Both the position numbers and the translations under genes were made by a program. Source: Haloferax volcanii DS2 (lineage in GTDB: Archaea; Halobacteriota; Halobacteria; Halobacteriales; Haloferacaceae). Taken from it: a stretch of 32,000 bases of DNA. The notes under the pieces were generated by a model that was given only the letters and a program-made list of their open reading frames with translations, was not told where the DNA came from and did not search any database. Each line of letters begins with the position of its first letter. Position 1 is the first letter of the stretch. The stretch spans positions 900,001 to 932,000 of the forward strand of contig NC_013967.1 of the NCBI RefSeq assembly GCF_000025685.1. Reading direction: 5' to 3'. This document shows, one piece after another, positions 23,045 through 30,998 of the stretch.

Positions 23045-23803
23045 ATGAGAAAGACGCGTTTCGCGCTCGCGTCCCTGCTCGCGACGGCCGCGATGGCGCT
23101 CGTTGCCACCCCCGTCGCCGCGCAGGCGTCTGCCACGTCGGAACTCATCAACCAGCTGAACGGGGAGCTGCTGTACGTCGCTATCCCGATTACCGTGCTG
23201 GTGGAGGTCATCCTCCTCTACACCGTCATCAAGTTCCGCAACAGCGAGCGCGCACTGCCGACCAAGGAGAACCGCCGGCTCGAAATCACGTGGACCATCG
23301 CGACAGCGATTATCCTGCTTTTCGTCGGCGTCGCCTCCTACGGCGTGCTGGCCAACGAGAACGTCACGCACCAGGGCAACGACATCGCCATGGACGACGA
23401 CCCGGTCGTCGTCACGGCGGAGGCCTACCAGTGGGGCTGGAACATGTACTACCCCGAGGAGGGTAACTTCTCGTCCGGCAACGAGATTGTCATCCCCAAG
23501 GACCGCCCGGTCTACTTCCAGGTCACCTCAACGGACGTGATACATGGATTCCACGTCCCCGAGCTCGCGCTCAAGCAGGACGCGATGCCGGGTTCGACGA
23601 ACACCATCAAGACCGTCGCCTACGAGGAAGGCACCTACCAGGGCTACTGTACCGAGTACTGCGGCGTCGCGCACTCCCAGATGTACTTCACCGTCGACGT
23701 CGTCTCGCAGGACGAGTACCAGAACTGGCTCGACGAACAGCAGTCGGCCAACAGCGAGTCGTCCGGCTCCTCGAACTCTACCGCGACGAACTCCACGCAG
23801 TAA
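23045..23803 (+). CDS. coxB: Cytochrome c oxidase subunit II (CuA subunit)
   Basis: Signal-like N-terminus, two TM helices and the CuA ligand pattern HGFHVPE...CTEYCGVAHSQM. It has a Ser/Asn/Thr-rich C-terminal tail. Confidence 0.93.
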   Translation: MRKTRFALASLLATAAMALVATPVAAQASATSELINQLNGELLYVAIPITVLVEVILLYTVIKFRNSERALPTKENRRLEITWTIATAIILLFVGVASYGVLANENVTHQGNDIAMDDDPVVVTAEAYQWGWNMYYPEEGNFSSGNEIVIPKDRPVYFQVTSTDVIHGFHVPELALKQDAMPGSTNTIKTVAYEEGTYQGYCTEYCGVAHSQMYFTVDVVSQDEYQNWLDEQQSANSESSGSSNSTATNSTQ

Positions 23804-23926
23804 CGCTTCCTCCCTTCTGTTTCGACGCTCCACCCGAGTGACGACGCTCGCGCTCGTCGCGGTCGGTCGTCGGAGAACTCGTCGCGGGCCGCAGTGCAGT
23901 CGGCTATCGTCCGGACGAACGGCGAC

Positions 23927-24355
23927 TCAACAGCGTCGCTCGACGATGCGGTCGATGATGCGACCCGTCGAGAGCAGTTCGTCGTCGTGGCGGAGCTCCC
24001 GGGGCGTCGCGCGCGTGACCTCGCAGTCGATGCCGCGGGCGTCGAGGGCGGCTTTGATTCCGTCCTCGTCGTGGTGTTGGTCGTAGCCGAGGACGATAAC
24101 ATCGGGGTCGATTTCCTCGATGGGGACGAAGATGTCCTCGACGTGGCCGAGATGCGCCTCGTCGACCACGTCGAGCGCGGCGACCATGTCGCGGCGCTGG
24201 CGGCCGTCGAGTATCGGTTTCGGCTTGTGCGTCACGTTCTCGCCGCGGGCGATGATGACGTGGAGTTCGTCGCCGAGCGACGCGGCGTCCGAGAGGTAGT
24301 GGACGTGGCCGGGGTGGAGGATGTCGAAGGTGCCCTGCGCGATGACCCGTCTCAT
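23927..24355 (-). CDS. ribL: Archaeal FAD synthetase (FMN adenylyltransferase, cytidylyltransferase-like)
   Basis: 142 aa. Nucleotidyltransferase motif [14 protein letters not shown]. Size and pattern match archaeal RibL. Its ATG overlaps the stop of the upstream JAMM gene (ATGA at 24352-24355). Confidence 0.85.
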   Translation of the reverse strand: MRRVIAQGTFDILHPGHVHYLSDAASLGDELHVIIARGENVTHKPKPILDGRQRRDMVAALDVVDEAHLGHVEDIFVPIEEIDPDVIVLGYDQHHDEDGIKAALDARGIDCEVTRATPRELRHDDELLSTGRIIDRIVERRC

Positions 24356-24837
24356 CGGTCCAACTCCGCGTCGATGTCGTCCTGCGTGAAGTCGAAGAAC
24401 GATTCGGGGTCGGAGAGGTCTGCGTCGAGCACGTCGAGGTCGCGGACCTCGCCGGACTGGTCGAACGCCTCCCAGTCGTCGGGGCCGTACGGCGAGCCGA
24501 TGATGATGTGGACTCGGCCGCTCCCGAACGTGTCGAGGTCGGCGTCGCTCGGGCGGAGGACGCCGTTCGGGTGCGAGTGAATCGACCCGACGGCGTGGAA
24601 GTCGTTCGGCACGAGGTCGTTCCTGACGGTCGCGCTGTACGGGTCCGAGACCGTCCCCGGGATGATGAGCACGTCCGTCACGACGTAGCCGTCGCGGTCG
24701 ACGCCGACCCGTCGGGCCTCCTCGCCGCGGAGGAGTCCCATGTACTCGTTCGGATGCGTCTCCGCAGAGGCTTCGAGCGCGAAGTCGAGGGCGTCGGCCG
24801 CGATGCCGACGACCTCCCGCGACCGGAAGAGTCGCAT
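24352..24837 (-). CDS. JAB1/MPN/Mov34 (JAMM/MPN+) metalloprotease
   Basis: 161 aa from ATG 24837. Intact JAMM motif, with E in EYMGLLRGE and [14 protein letters not shown] (HxHx7Sx2D). Acidic C-terminal tail. From memory it is positionally equivalent to Haloferax HvJAMM2. Confidence 0.88.
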   Translation of the reverse strand: MRLFRSREVVGIAADALDFALEASAETHPNEYMGLLRGEEARRVGVDRDGYVVTDVLIIPGTVSDPYSATVRNDLVPNDFHAVGSIHSHPNGVLRPSDADLDTFGSGRVHIIIGSPYGPDDWEAFDQSGEVRDLDVLDADLSDPESFFDFTQDDIDAELDR

Positions 24838-24939
24838 ACCGAACCGTCCGCGGGCGCTCCATCTAAGGGTTCCGGAACGCCGAGTCGGTCGCCGGAACGG
24901 AACCGCCATACTGAGGTCGGCGCTCGGCCGACATCGGGT

Positions 24940-25794
24940 GTGACGCTCGATTCCGACCTCGTCGCCCGCGTGACGGACGCGCTCTCGGCGGACGCGCCGC
25001 CGACCGCGACGACCGAACTCGACGGCGGACACGTCGGCCGCGTCTACCGACTCGATTTCGACGGGCGCGACCCCGTCGTCGCGAAGGTGGGCGACACGCC
25101 GCTCGACGTGGAGGCCGCGATGCTCGACTCGCTCGCCGCGGCCGGTCTTCCGGTCCCCGCGGTCCACCACGCCGACCCCGACCTGCTCGTCCTCGACTAC
25201 GTCGAGGGCACGTCCGAGTTGACCTCCGCCGCCGAGCGCGACCTCGCCACCCACCTCGCCGCGCTCCACGAGACGACCGCGCCGGCGTTCGGCTTCCCCT
25301 ACGACACCCTCTCCGGGCCGTACCGACAGCCGAACCCGTGGACCGACTCGTGGATCGCGTTCTTCCGCGACCAGCGCCTCCTGCCGTGGACCGAGGCGGC
25401 GCTCGGTTCGGGACTCCCAGACGCGACGGCCGAGCGAATCGAGTCGGTCGCCGCCGACCTCGACGACCTCCTCGTCGAACCGGCGGCCCCGCGACTCGTC
25501 CACGGCGACGTGTGGGGCGCGAACCTCCGCGTCCGCGACGCCCGCGTCGTCGCCTTCCTCGACCCGGCGTGTTACTACGGCCACCCCGAGGTCGAACTGG
25601 CCTACATCGACTGGTTCGACGCCGCGGGCGACGCCTTCTTCGACGCCTACGACGAACGCCGACCCATCGCCGACGGCTTCTTCGAGCATCGCTCGCCCGT
25701 CTACGCGCTGTTTCCGCTCCTCGAACACGTCCGCGTCTTCGGGGTCGACTACGTCCCGTCGGTCGAAGACGCGCTGGACGAACTCGGCTACTGA
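24940..25794 (+). CDS. Fructosamine/ketosamine kinase family protein (APH-like phosphotransferase fold)
   Basis: Catalytic loop LVHGDVWGANL and the family-typical FLDPACYYGHPEVELAY. The start is uncertain. GTG 24940 is the first plausible start after the Arg-rich upstream read-through of track ORF 24508..25794. Confidence 0.78.
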   Translation: MTLDSDLVARVTDALSADAPPTATTELDGGHVGRVYRLDFDGRDPVVAKVGDTPLDVEAAMLDSLAAAGLPVPAVHHADPDLLVLDYVEGTSELTSAAERDLATHLAALHETTAPAFGFPYDTLSGPYRQPNPWTDSWIAFFRDQRLLPWTEAALGSGLPDATAERIESVAADLDDLLVEPAAPRLVHGDVWGANLRVRDARVVAFLDPACYYGHPEVELAYIDWFDAAGDAFFDAYDERRPIADGFFEHRSPVYALFPLLEHVRVFGVDYVPSVEDALDELGY

Positions 25795-25860
25795 CGCCCC
25801 CGCGCAGGCGAGTTTCGAGCCGAATCGGGTCTGTGCGAACCGGCCGCGCACGCGAGATGC

Positions 25861-25876
25861 TTTTGTAAAGCTTAAC
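25861..25876 (+). promoter_or_regulatory. AT-rich TATA-like region TTTTGTAAAGCTTAAC upstream of the RecJ-like gene
   Basis: Located about 25-40 nt upstream of ATG 25901. Confidence 0.4.
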
Positions 25877-25900
25877 ACTACCCCCTGACCTAGCGGGACT

Positions 25901-27802
25901 ATGAGCGACGAGCACGCCGGGGATTCCGGCGACGACTCGGGTCCGAATTCGGACGCACGACCTATCGTCTATGATCTCGCACCGAACTGTACCGCCGACG
26001 ACGTCGAGACCGACGCGTACTACCACGCCGTCGTCAACGGCGTCGTGGAGTACGGCATCTTCGTCGACGTCTCCGACTCCGTCTCCGGACTCATCCACGA
26101 GTCCAACCTCTCGGCCGACTACGAGGTCGGGGACCGACTGGTCGTCCGCCTCGAATCCGTCCGCGACAACGGCGACATCGCGTTCGCCGAGGACACGCCC
26201 GACGACTACCGCACCCTGACCGTCGACCACGAGCCGACCATCACGCCTATCTCCAGTCTCTCGGTCGGCGAGTCGGTCACGGTCGAAGGCGTCGTCACGC
26301 AGATTAAGCAGACCGGCGGCCCGACCGTCTTCCGCATCGCCGACGACTCCGGCATCGTCGCCGCCGCCGCCTTCGAGGAGGCCGGCGTCCGCGCGTTCCC
26401 CGGTGTCGACCTCGACGACGTGGTCCGCATGGCCGGCACCGTCGAAGACCACGAGGGCACCCGACAGCTCGAAGTCGACGGCCTCACCGTCCTCGACGAC
26501 GAGGCCGCCGCCGACGCCCGCCAGCGCATCGACGCCGCGCTCGACGAGCGCGCCGAGCCGGAACCGGTCGAACCGCTCGTGGAGTGGTCGGCGTTCGAGA
26601 AGCTCCGCGACGACCTCGAAGACGTGGCGCGCCTGCTCCGCCGGACGGTCCTCGAAGGCCGCCCGATTCGCGTCCGCCACCACGCCGACGGCGACGGCAT
26701 GTGCGCGTCCGTCCCGGTCCAACTGGCCCTCGAACGGCTCATCACCGAGGTCCACGACGACCCCGACGCGCCGCGACACCTGTTCAAGCGCCTGCCGAGC
26801 AAGGCCCCGTTCTACGAGATGGAGGACGTGACCCGCGACCTGAACTTCGCGCTCGAAGGTCGCGCCCGCCACGGCCAGCGGCTTCCCTTCCTGCTCATGC
26901 TCGACAACGGGTCGACCGAGGAGGACGTGCCCGCCTACGAGAACCTCGCGCACTACGACGTGCCCATCGCGGTCGTCGACCACCACCACCCCGACCCCGA
27001 GGCGGTCGACCCCCTCCTCGACGCGCACGTCAACCCGTACCTCCACGACGAGGACTACCGCATCACGACCGGCATGATGTGCGTCGAACTCGCGCGGATG
27101 ATTCACCCCGACGTGACCGACGAACTGCGTCACGTCCCCGCCGTCGCCGGGCTGTCCGACCGCTCGAAGGCGGAGGTCATGGACAACTACATCGCGCTCG
27201 CCGAAGACGAGGGCTACGACCGCGAACAGCTCCTCGACGTGGGCGAGGCGCTCGACTACGCCGCCCACTGGCTGCGCTACAACGACGGCGCGTCTATCGT
27301 CAACGACGTGCTCAACGTCGGCTGTGACGACGAGGAGCGCCACCGCGAACTCGTCGAGTTCCTCTCGACGCGCGCCGAGCGCGACGTGGACCGACAGCTC
27401 GAAGCCGCGGAGCCGCACCTCGAACACGAGCGCCTCGACAGCGGGGCCAACCTCTACCGCATCGACCTCGACAAGTGGGCCCACCGCTTTACCTACCCCG
27501 CGCCGGGCAAGACCACGGGCAAGCTCCACGACCGCAAGGTCCAGGAGACGGGCGAGCCGGTCATCACCATCGGCTACGGTCCCGACTTCGCCGTCCTCCG
27601 CTCCGACGGCGTCCGCCTCGACATCCCGCGGATGGTCGCCGAACTGAACGAGGAAGTCGTCGGCGGCGGCGTCTCCGGCGGCGGCCACCTCGTCGTCGGC
27701 TCCATCAAGTTCGTCAGCGGCATGCGCGAGGAGGTCATCGACAGCCTCGTCGAGAAGATGGCCGAAGCCGACATCGACGAAGAGCTGTCGACGACGGCGT
27801 AA
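25901..27802 (+). CDS. RecJ-like DHH family exonuclease/phosphoesterase with N-terminal S1 and OB-fold domains
   Basis: S1-like domain (YHAVVNGVVEYGIFVDVSDSVSGLIHESNL). OB fold (VTVEGVVTQIKQTGGPTVFRIADDSG...). DHH motifs (HHADGDGMCAS, LMLDNGS, VVDHHHPD) and a GGH-like VSGGGHLV. From memory it is positionally equivalent to Haloferax RecJ3. Confidence 0.88.
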   Translation: MSDEHAGDSGDDSGPNSDARPIVYDLAPNCTADDVETDAYYHAVVNGVVEYGIFVDVSDSVSGLIHESNLSADYEVGDRLVVRLESVRDNGDIAFAEDTPDDYRTLTVDHEPTITPISSLSVGESVTVEGVVTQIKQTGGPTVFRIADDSGIVAAAAFEEAGVRAFPGVDLDDVVRMAGTVEDHEGTRQLEVDGLTVLDDEAAADARQRIDAALDERAEPEPVEPLVEWSAFEKLRDDLEDVARLLRRTVLEGRPIRVRHHADGDGMCASVPVQLALERLITEVHDDPDAPRHLFKRLPSKAPFYEMEDVTRDLNFALEGRARHGQRLPFLLMLDNGSTEEDVPAYENLAHYDVPIAVVDHHHPDPEAVDPLLDAHVNPYLHDEDYRITTGMMCVELARMIHPDVTDELRHVPAVAGLSDRSKAEVMDNYIALAEDEGYDREQLLDVGEALDYAAHWLRYNDGASIVNDVLNVGCDDEERHRELVEFLSTRAERDVDRQLEAAEPHLEHERLDSGANLYRIDLDKWAHRFTYPAPGKTTGKLHDRKVQETGEPVITIGYGPDFAVLRSDGVRLDIPRMVAELNEEVVGGGVSGGGHLVVGSIKFVSGMREEVIDSLVEKMAEADIDEELSTTA

Positions 27803-27832
27803 GCCGGCGTTCGACTCTCAGACTGCGACCGC

Positions 27833-29494
27833 TCATTTTTCGAACTCCAGTCGTCTGAGCGCCGCGAGTCCAACGACGACCGCGAGGGCCGCCGCGGCGA
27901 CGAGTCCGGGCTTCGGATCCGCTCCGCGCCCGCTGGCTCGCCAGTCGGCCGCGAACGCCTCGCGGAAGTACGCCGCGGCGGCCGGGTCCGACAGCGCGAG
28001 GACGACTTCGCGGTTCTCGCGGGCCGAGTGCCGGTTCCAGTTGAGACTGCCGACGAGCGCGGTGTCGTCGGCGACGACGCCCTTCGCGTGAATCGCGCCG
28101 TACCGGTCGCCGGGGCGCGCGAGGCGGACCGAGAGCGGACTGCCGGTGCGGTCGGCCCACTCGTTCAGGCGCTCGGCGAGCGCGCGGTTCTCCTCCTCGT
28201 CGTACCACGCGCTCCCGAGGAGGAGTCGGACGCGGACGCCGCGGTCGGCGGCGCGCTTGAGCGCGCGGACGAACGGGCCGTCGGCCTCGACGGTCGGTTG
28301 TAGCACGTCGATTCGGCGCTCGGCGGCATCGAGTCGGGCGACGACCGCGGACTCGGCGTTGTCGGGCGCGCGGAGGACGGCGACGCGGTCGACTCGAAGC
28401 GCCTCGGGCGCGATGCGCGACGGATACGAGCCGTTCGCCGATTCGGTGCGGACGAACGACCGGCCGACGCGGTACGTCTCCCACGAAGCGGTCTCTGGGA
28501 GGCTCGCATCGGTTTCGAACGTGGCCGCGAGGTCGGCCGCGACGGCCGGCGAGCGCGCGACAACGCCCCAGCCGCGGCTCTTTTTCCCGCCCGTTCCGGC
28601 GGGTTTCCAGTTTTCGGTCATCACGAGCGCCGCGTCGTCGACGACGGCGTACTTCGGGTGGTGAAACGAGTGCGGGTCGCCGACGACGCGGACCGACACG
28701 CCGGCGTCGACGAGGCGGTCGAGGACCCGCGCCGACCGCCGCGGGAAGCCGCCGACCGGGCTGTCCTCGACCAGTACCTCGACCTGCACGCCGCGCTCGC
28801 GAGCGGCGACGAGTTCGTCGGCGACGCGCGCGGAGGAGACGACGTAGCCGGCGAGCAGAATCCGCTCGTCGGCCGCCCGGAGCGTCGCTATCGGACGCCC
28901 CGGCGAGTCGGGGAGCACGAACAGCGTCGCGTTCGCGGGGCCGTGGGTCGTGACGTTCCGCTGGGGGAGCGTCCGCGGCCACCACGACCACGCGCCGTCC
29001 CGCCGTTCGAGGAGCGCGCCCTCGCGGCTCCGGTCGTAGCTGAGGCGGTCCGCGACGACGCCGTTGCCGGCCGCGTCGCCGTCGCCACCGACGACGCGGA
29101 GCGTGACCGTTTCGCCGCCGTTGGCGAGGTCGAGACCGGGCGCGACCACTGGGAGGTCGGTCAGGTTCGACGCCGCGGACGGGTCGGTGACGACGGCAAC
29201 CGCCCCGCCGGGCGCGACGAAGGAGACGGTCCCCTCGCCGTCGGCCAGCGAGAGTTCGGTTCCCGCGGGCGCGGCGACGGCGACGAACTCGCCGCGGTCG
29301 TCGGGCGTCGCCGGGTCGGGGAGCGCGGCGACGATGCGCGGTTCACCCGATACCGGCGGGTCGGCGGCGGTCGCTGATTCTGTCGCGTTCGCCGTTCCCG
29401 GCGCGGCCGCTATCGGCGCGGGGACGACGGCCGCGGCCGCGAGCAGGACGGCGAGCGAGACGGCGAACGCGGTGGTGAGGGGCCGTCGAGACAC
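27833..29494 (-). CDS. Secreted, membrane-anchored phospholipase D superfamily protein (two HKD motifs) with an N-terminal LTD-like beta domain
   Basis: GTG start. Signal peptide MSRRPLTTAFAVSLAVLLAAAAV (RR-containing). HKD motif 1 is HHPKYAVVDD and motif 2 is IHAKGVVADDTALVGSLNWN. C-terminal hydrophobic anchor PKPGLVAAAALAVVVGLAALRRL. Confidence 0.88.
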   Translation of the reverse strand: MSRRPLTTAFAVSLAVLLAAAAVVPAPIAAAPGTANATESATAADPPVSGEPRIVAALPDPATPDDRGEFVAVAAPAGTELSLADGEGTVSFVAPGGAVAVVTDPSAASNLTDLPVVAPGLDLANGGETVTLRVVGGDGDAAGNGVVADRLSYDRSREGALLERRDGAWSWWPRTLPQRNVTTHGPANATLFVLPDSPGRPIATLRAADERILLAGYVVSSARVADELVAARERGVQVEVLVEDSPVGGFPRRSARVLDRLVDAGVSVRVVGDPHSFHHPKYAVVDDAALVMTENWKPAGTGGKKSRGWGVVARSPAVAADLAATFETDASLPETASWETYRVGRSFVRTESANGSYPSRIAPEALRVDRVAVLRAPDNAESAVVARLDAAERRIDVLQPTVEADGPFVRALKRAADRGVRVRLLLGSAWYDEEENRALAERLNEWADRTGSPLSVRLARPGDRYGAIHAKGVVADDTALVGSLNWNRHSARENREVVLALSDPAAAAYFREAFAADWRASGRGADPKPGLVAAAALAVVVGLAALRRLEFEK

Positions 29495-29620
29495 ACCCCG
29501 CGGTGGTCGCGTTTCCCTACAAAAACGTTCGCGTCCGGGGACTCATCGCGAGCGACTGCGAGAGAAAGAGAACGAAAGGGGACCGCAGAGCCGCCGGGCT
29601 GCCGCGTCGGTCGTGCGGTC

Positions 29621-30880
29621 TCAGACGGTCGCTTCGGCTTCGACGTCGTCGCCGAGGAACTCGGCGGCGAGTTCGGCTTCGCGCTGGACGAGGAACGAGC
29701 GGTCGTCGGCGTAGCCGGCGGCCACTTCGAGCGCGTCGTTCGTGCCAATCTGTCGGAGCGCCCACGCGGCGCTGGCGCGGACGGCGTCCTCGTCGTCGTC
29801 GGCGACGACGTCCGACAGCGGCTCGACGGCGCGGGTGTCGCCGATGAGACCGAGCGCGCGCGCGGCGGCCGAGCGGACGTTGTCGTTTTCGGTGACGAGC
29901 TTGTTCGCGATGGGTTGGGTCGCCTCTTCGGAGCCGATTTCGCCGAGCGCCTTGAACACGACCTTCTGGAGCGCGGGGTCGCTGTCGGTGTCGACGTAGT
30001 CGACGAGCATCTCGACGCCCTCCTCGGCGGCCATCTTCCCGATGGCCTTGATGACGCCCTTGTCGCGGCGCTTGGCCTGCCCCTCGATGGTCTCGTAGGC
30101 GCGGTCGTCGTTCATCCGCGTGAACGCCTCGATGCAGTACTCCTGCATGAAGTCGGACTGGAAGCTCTCGAACGCGAGCGCAATCATCTCGACGTTGCCG
30201 CGCTTTTCGTGTTCCTTCAGCGCCGACAGCTCCGGCGGGAAGTCCTTGTAGTGGCCGAGCACGTCGTAGAAGCCCTGCACTTGGAGCTTCTCGCGGGTCT
30301 CGAGGTCGTCCCACTCCTGGGCGTCGTCGAGACCGTCCGCGAGGCCGTCGGTGACTTCGATGAGGTCCGCGATGGTCTCTGCGTCGTCGTCGGCGTCAAG
30401 GTCGGCCGCTTCGATGGCCGAGACGGCGTCGTCGATGGCGGCGGTGAGCGCGTCTTCGTCGTCACCGTCGACCGAGACGCTCGCGTCGAGCACGCCGTTG
30501 AACTCGTCGGCGAACGTCTCGACCGCGGCGACGATTTCGCCGTCGCCCTGCTCGGTCCACCGAGTGTCCGTAATCGTGGACTTCGCTTCTTCGAGCGTCT
30601 CGACGGCGTCGTCGGCGTAGGGACCGCGCTGGGATTCGAGGTCGTCGCGCAGGTCGGACAGGCGCGATTCGAGCTCCTCGGCGGGGTCGTCTTCGTCTTC
30701 GTCGTCCGGTTCGGGCAGGTCCGCGGCCTCCACGTCGGCCTCGATGTCGTCGAGCGTGGCCTCGACCTCGTCGAGGTCGGCTTCGGTCTCGGCCGCGTCG
30801 AGAGCCTCCTCGGCCTCGGTCAGGCGCTCGTCGAAGCTCTCGGGCGAGAGTTCTGTCGTATCGTCGTCCCCGTCACTCAT
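29621..30880 (-). CDS. HEAT-repeat (PBS lyase HEAT-like) protein with a long polyacidic N-terminal region
   Basis: Track ORF 29621..31138, with ATG 30880 (MSDGDDDTTEL...) preferred and a TTTTTAC element about 25 nt upstream. The C-terminal half has HEAT-like repeats (VRSAAARALGLIGDTRAVEPL, VRASAAWALRQIG). Confidence 0.8.
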   Translation of the reverse strand: MSDGDDDTTELSPESFDERLTEAEEALDAAETEADLDEVEATLDDIEADVEAADLPEPDDEDEDDPAEELESRLSDLRDDLESQRGPYADDAVETLEEAKSTITDTRWTEQGDGEIVAAVETFADEFNGVLDASVSVDGDDEDALTAAIDDAVSAIEAADLDADDDAETIADLIEVTDGLADGLDDAQEWDDLETREKLQVQGFYDVLGHYKDFPPELSALKEHEKRGNVEMIALAFESFQSDFMQEYCIEAFTRMNDDRAYETIEGQAKRRDKGVIKAIGKMAAEEGVEMLVDYVDTDSDPALQKVVFKALGEIGSEEATQPIANKLVTENDNVRSAAARALGLIGDTRAVEPLSDVVADDDEDAVRASAAWALRQIGTNDALEVAAGYADDRSFLVQREAELAAEFLGDDVEAEATV

Positions 30881-30998
30881 ATGCCGGAAGTCCGTTCGAC
30901 TGTAAAAAGAGCGTTTCCCTTCGCTCCGCGTCTCGGGCCGGGACCGACCGCCGATTCCATTCGGGTCACTTTTTCGCGACCCGTCCGTTCCTCCGAGC

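Noticed and set aside
24863-27688. 941-aa minus-strand ORF antisense to the kinase-like and RecJ-like genes
   Set aside because: It is the longest ORF in the window, but it is low-complexity (V/D/G/R-rich, with a long poly-Arg C-terminal half). It is antisense to two motif-supported genes.
27735-28991. 418-aa alternative-frame ORF within the PLD gene
   Set aside because: It is an Arg-rich nonsense translation. The PLD frame carries both HKD motifs.
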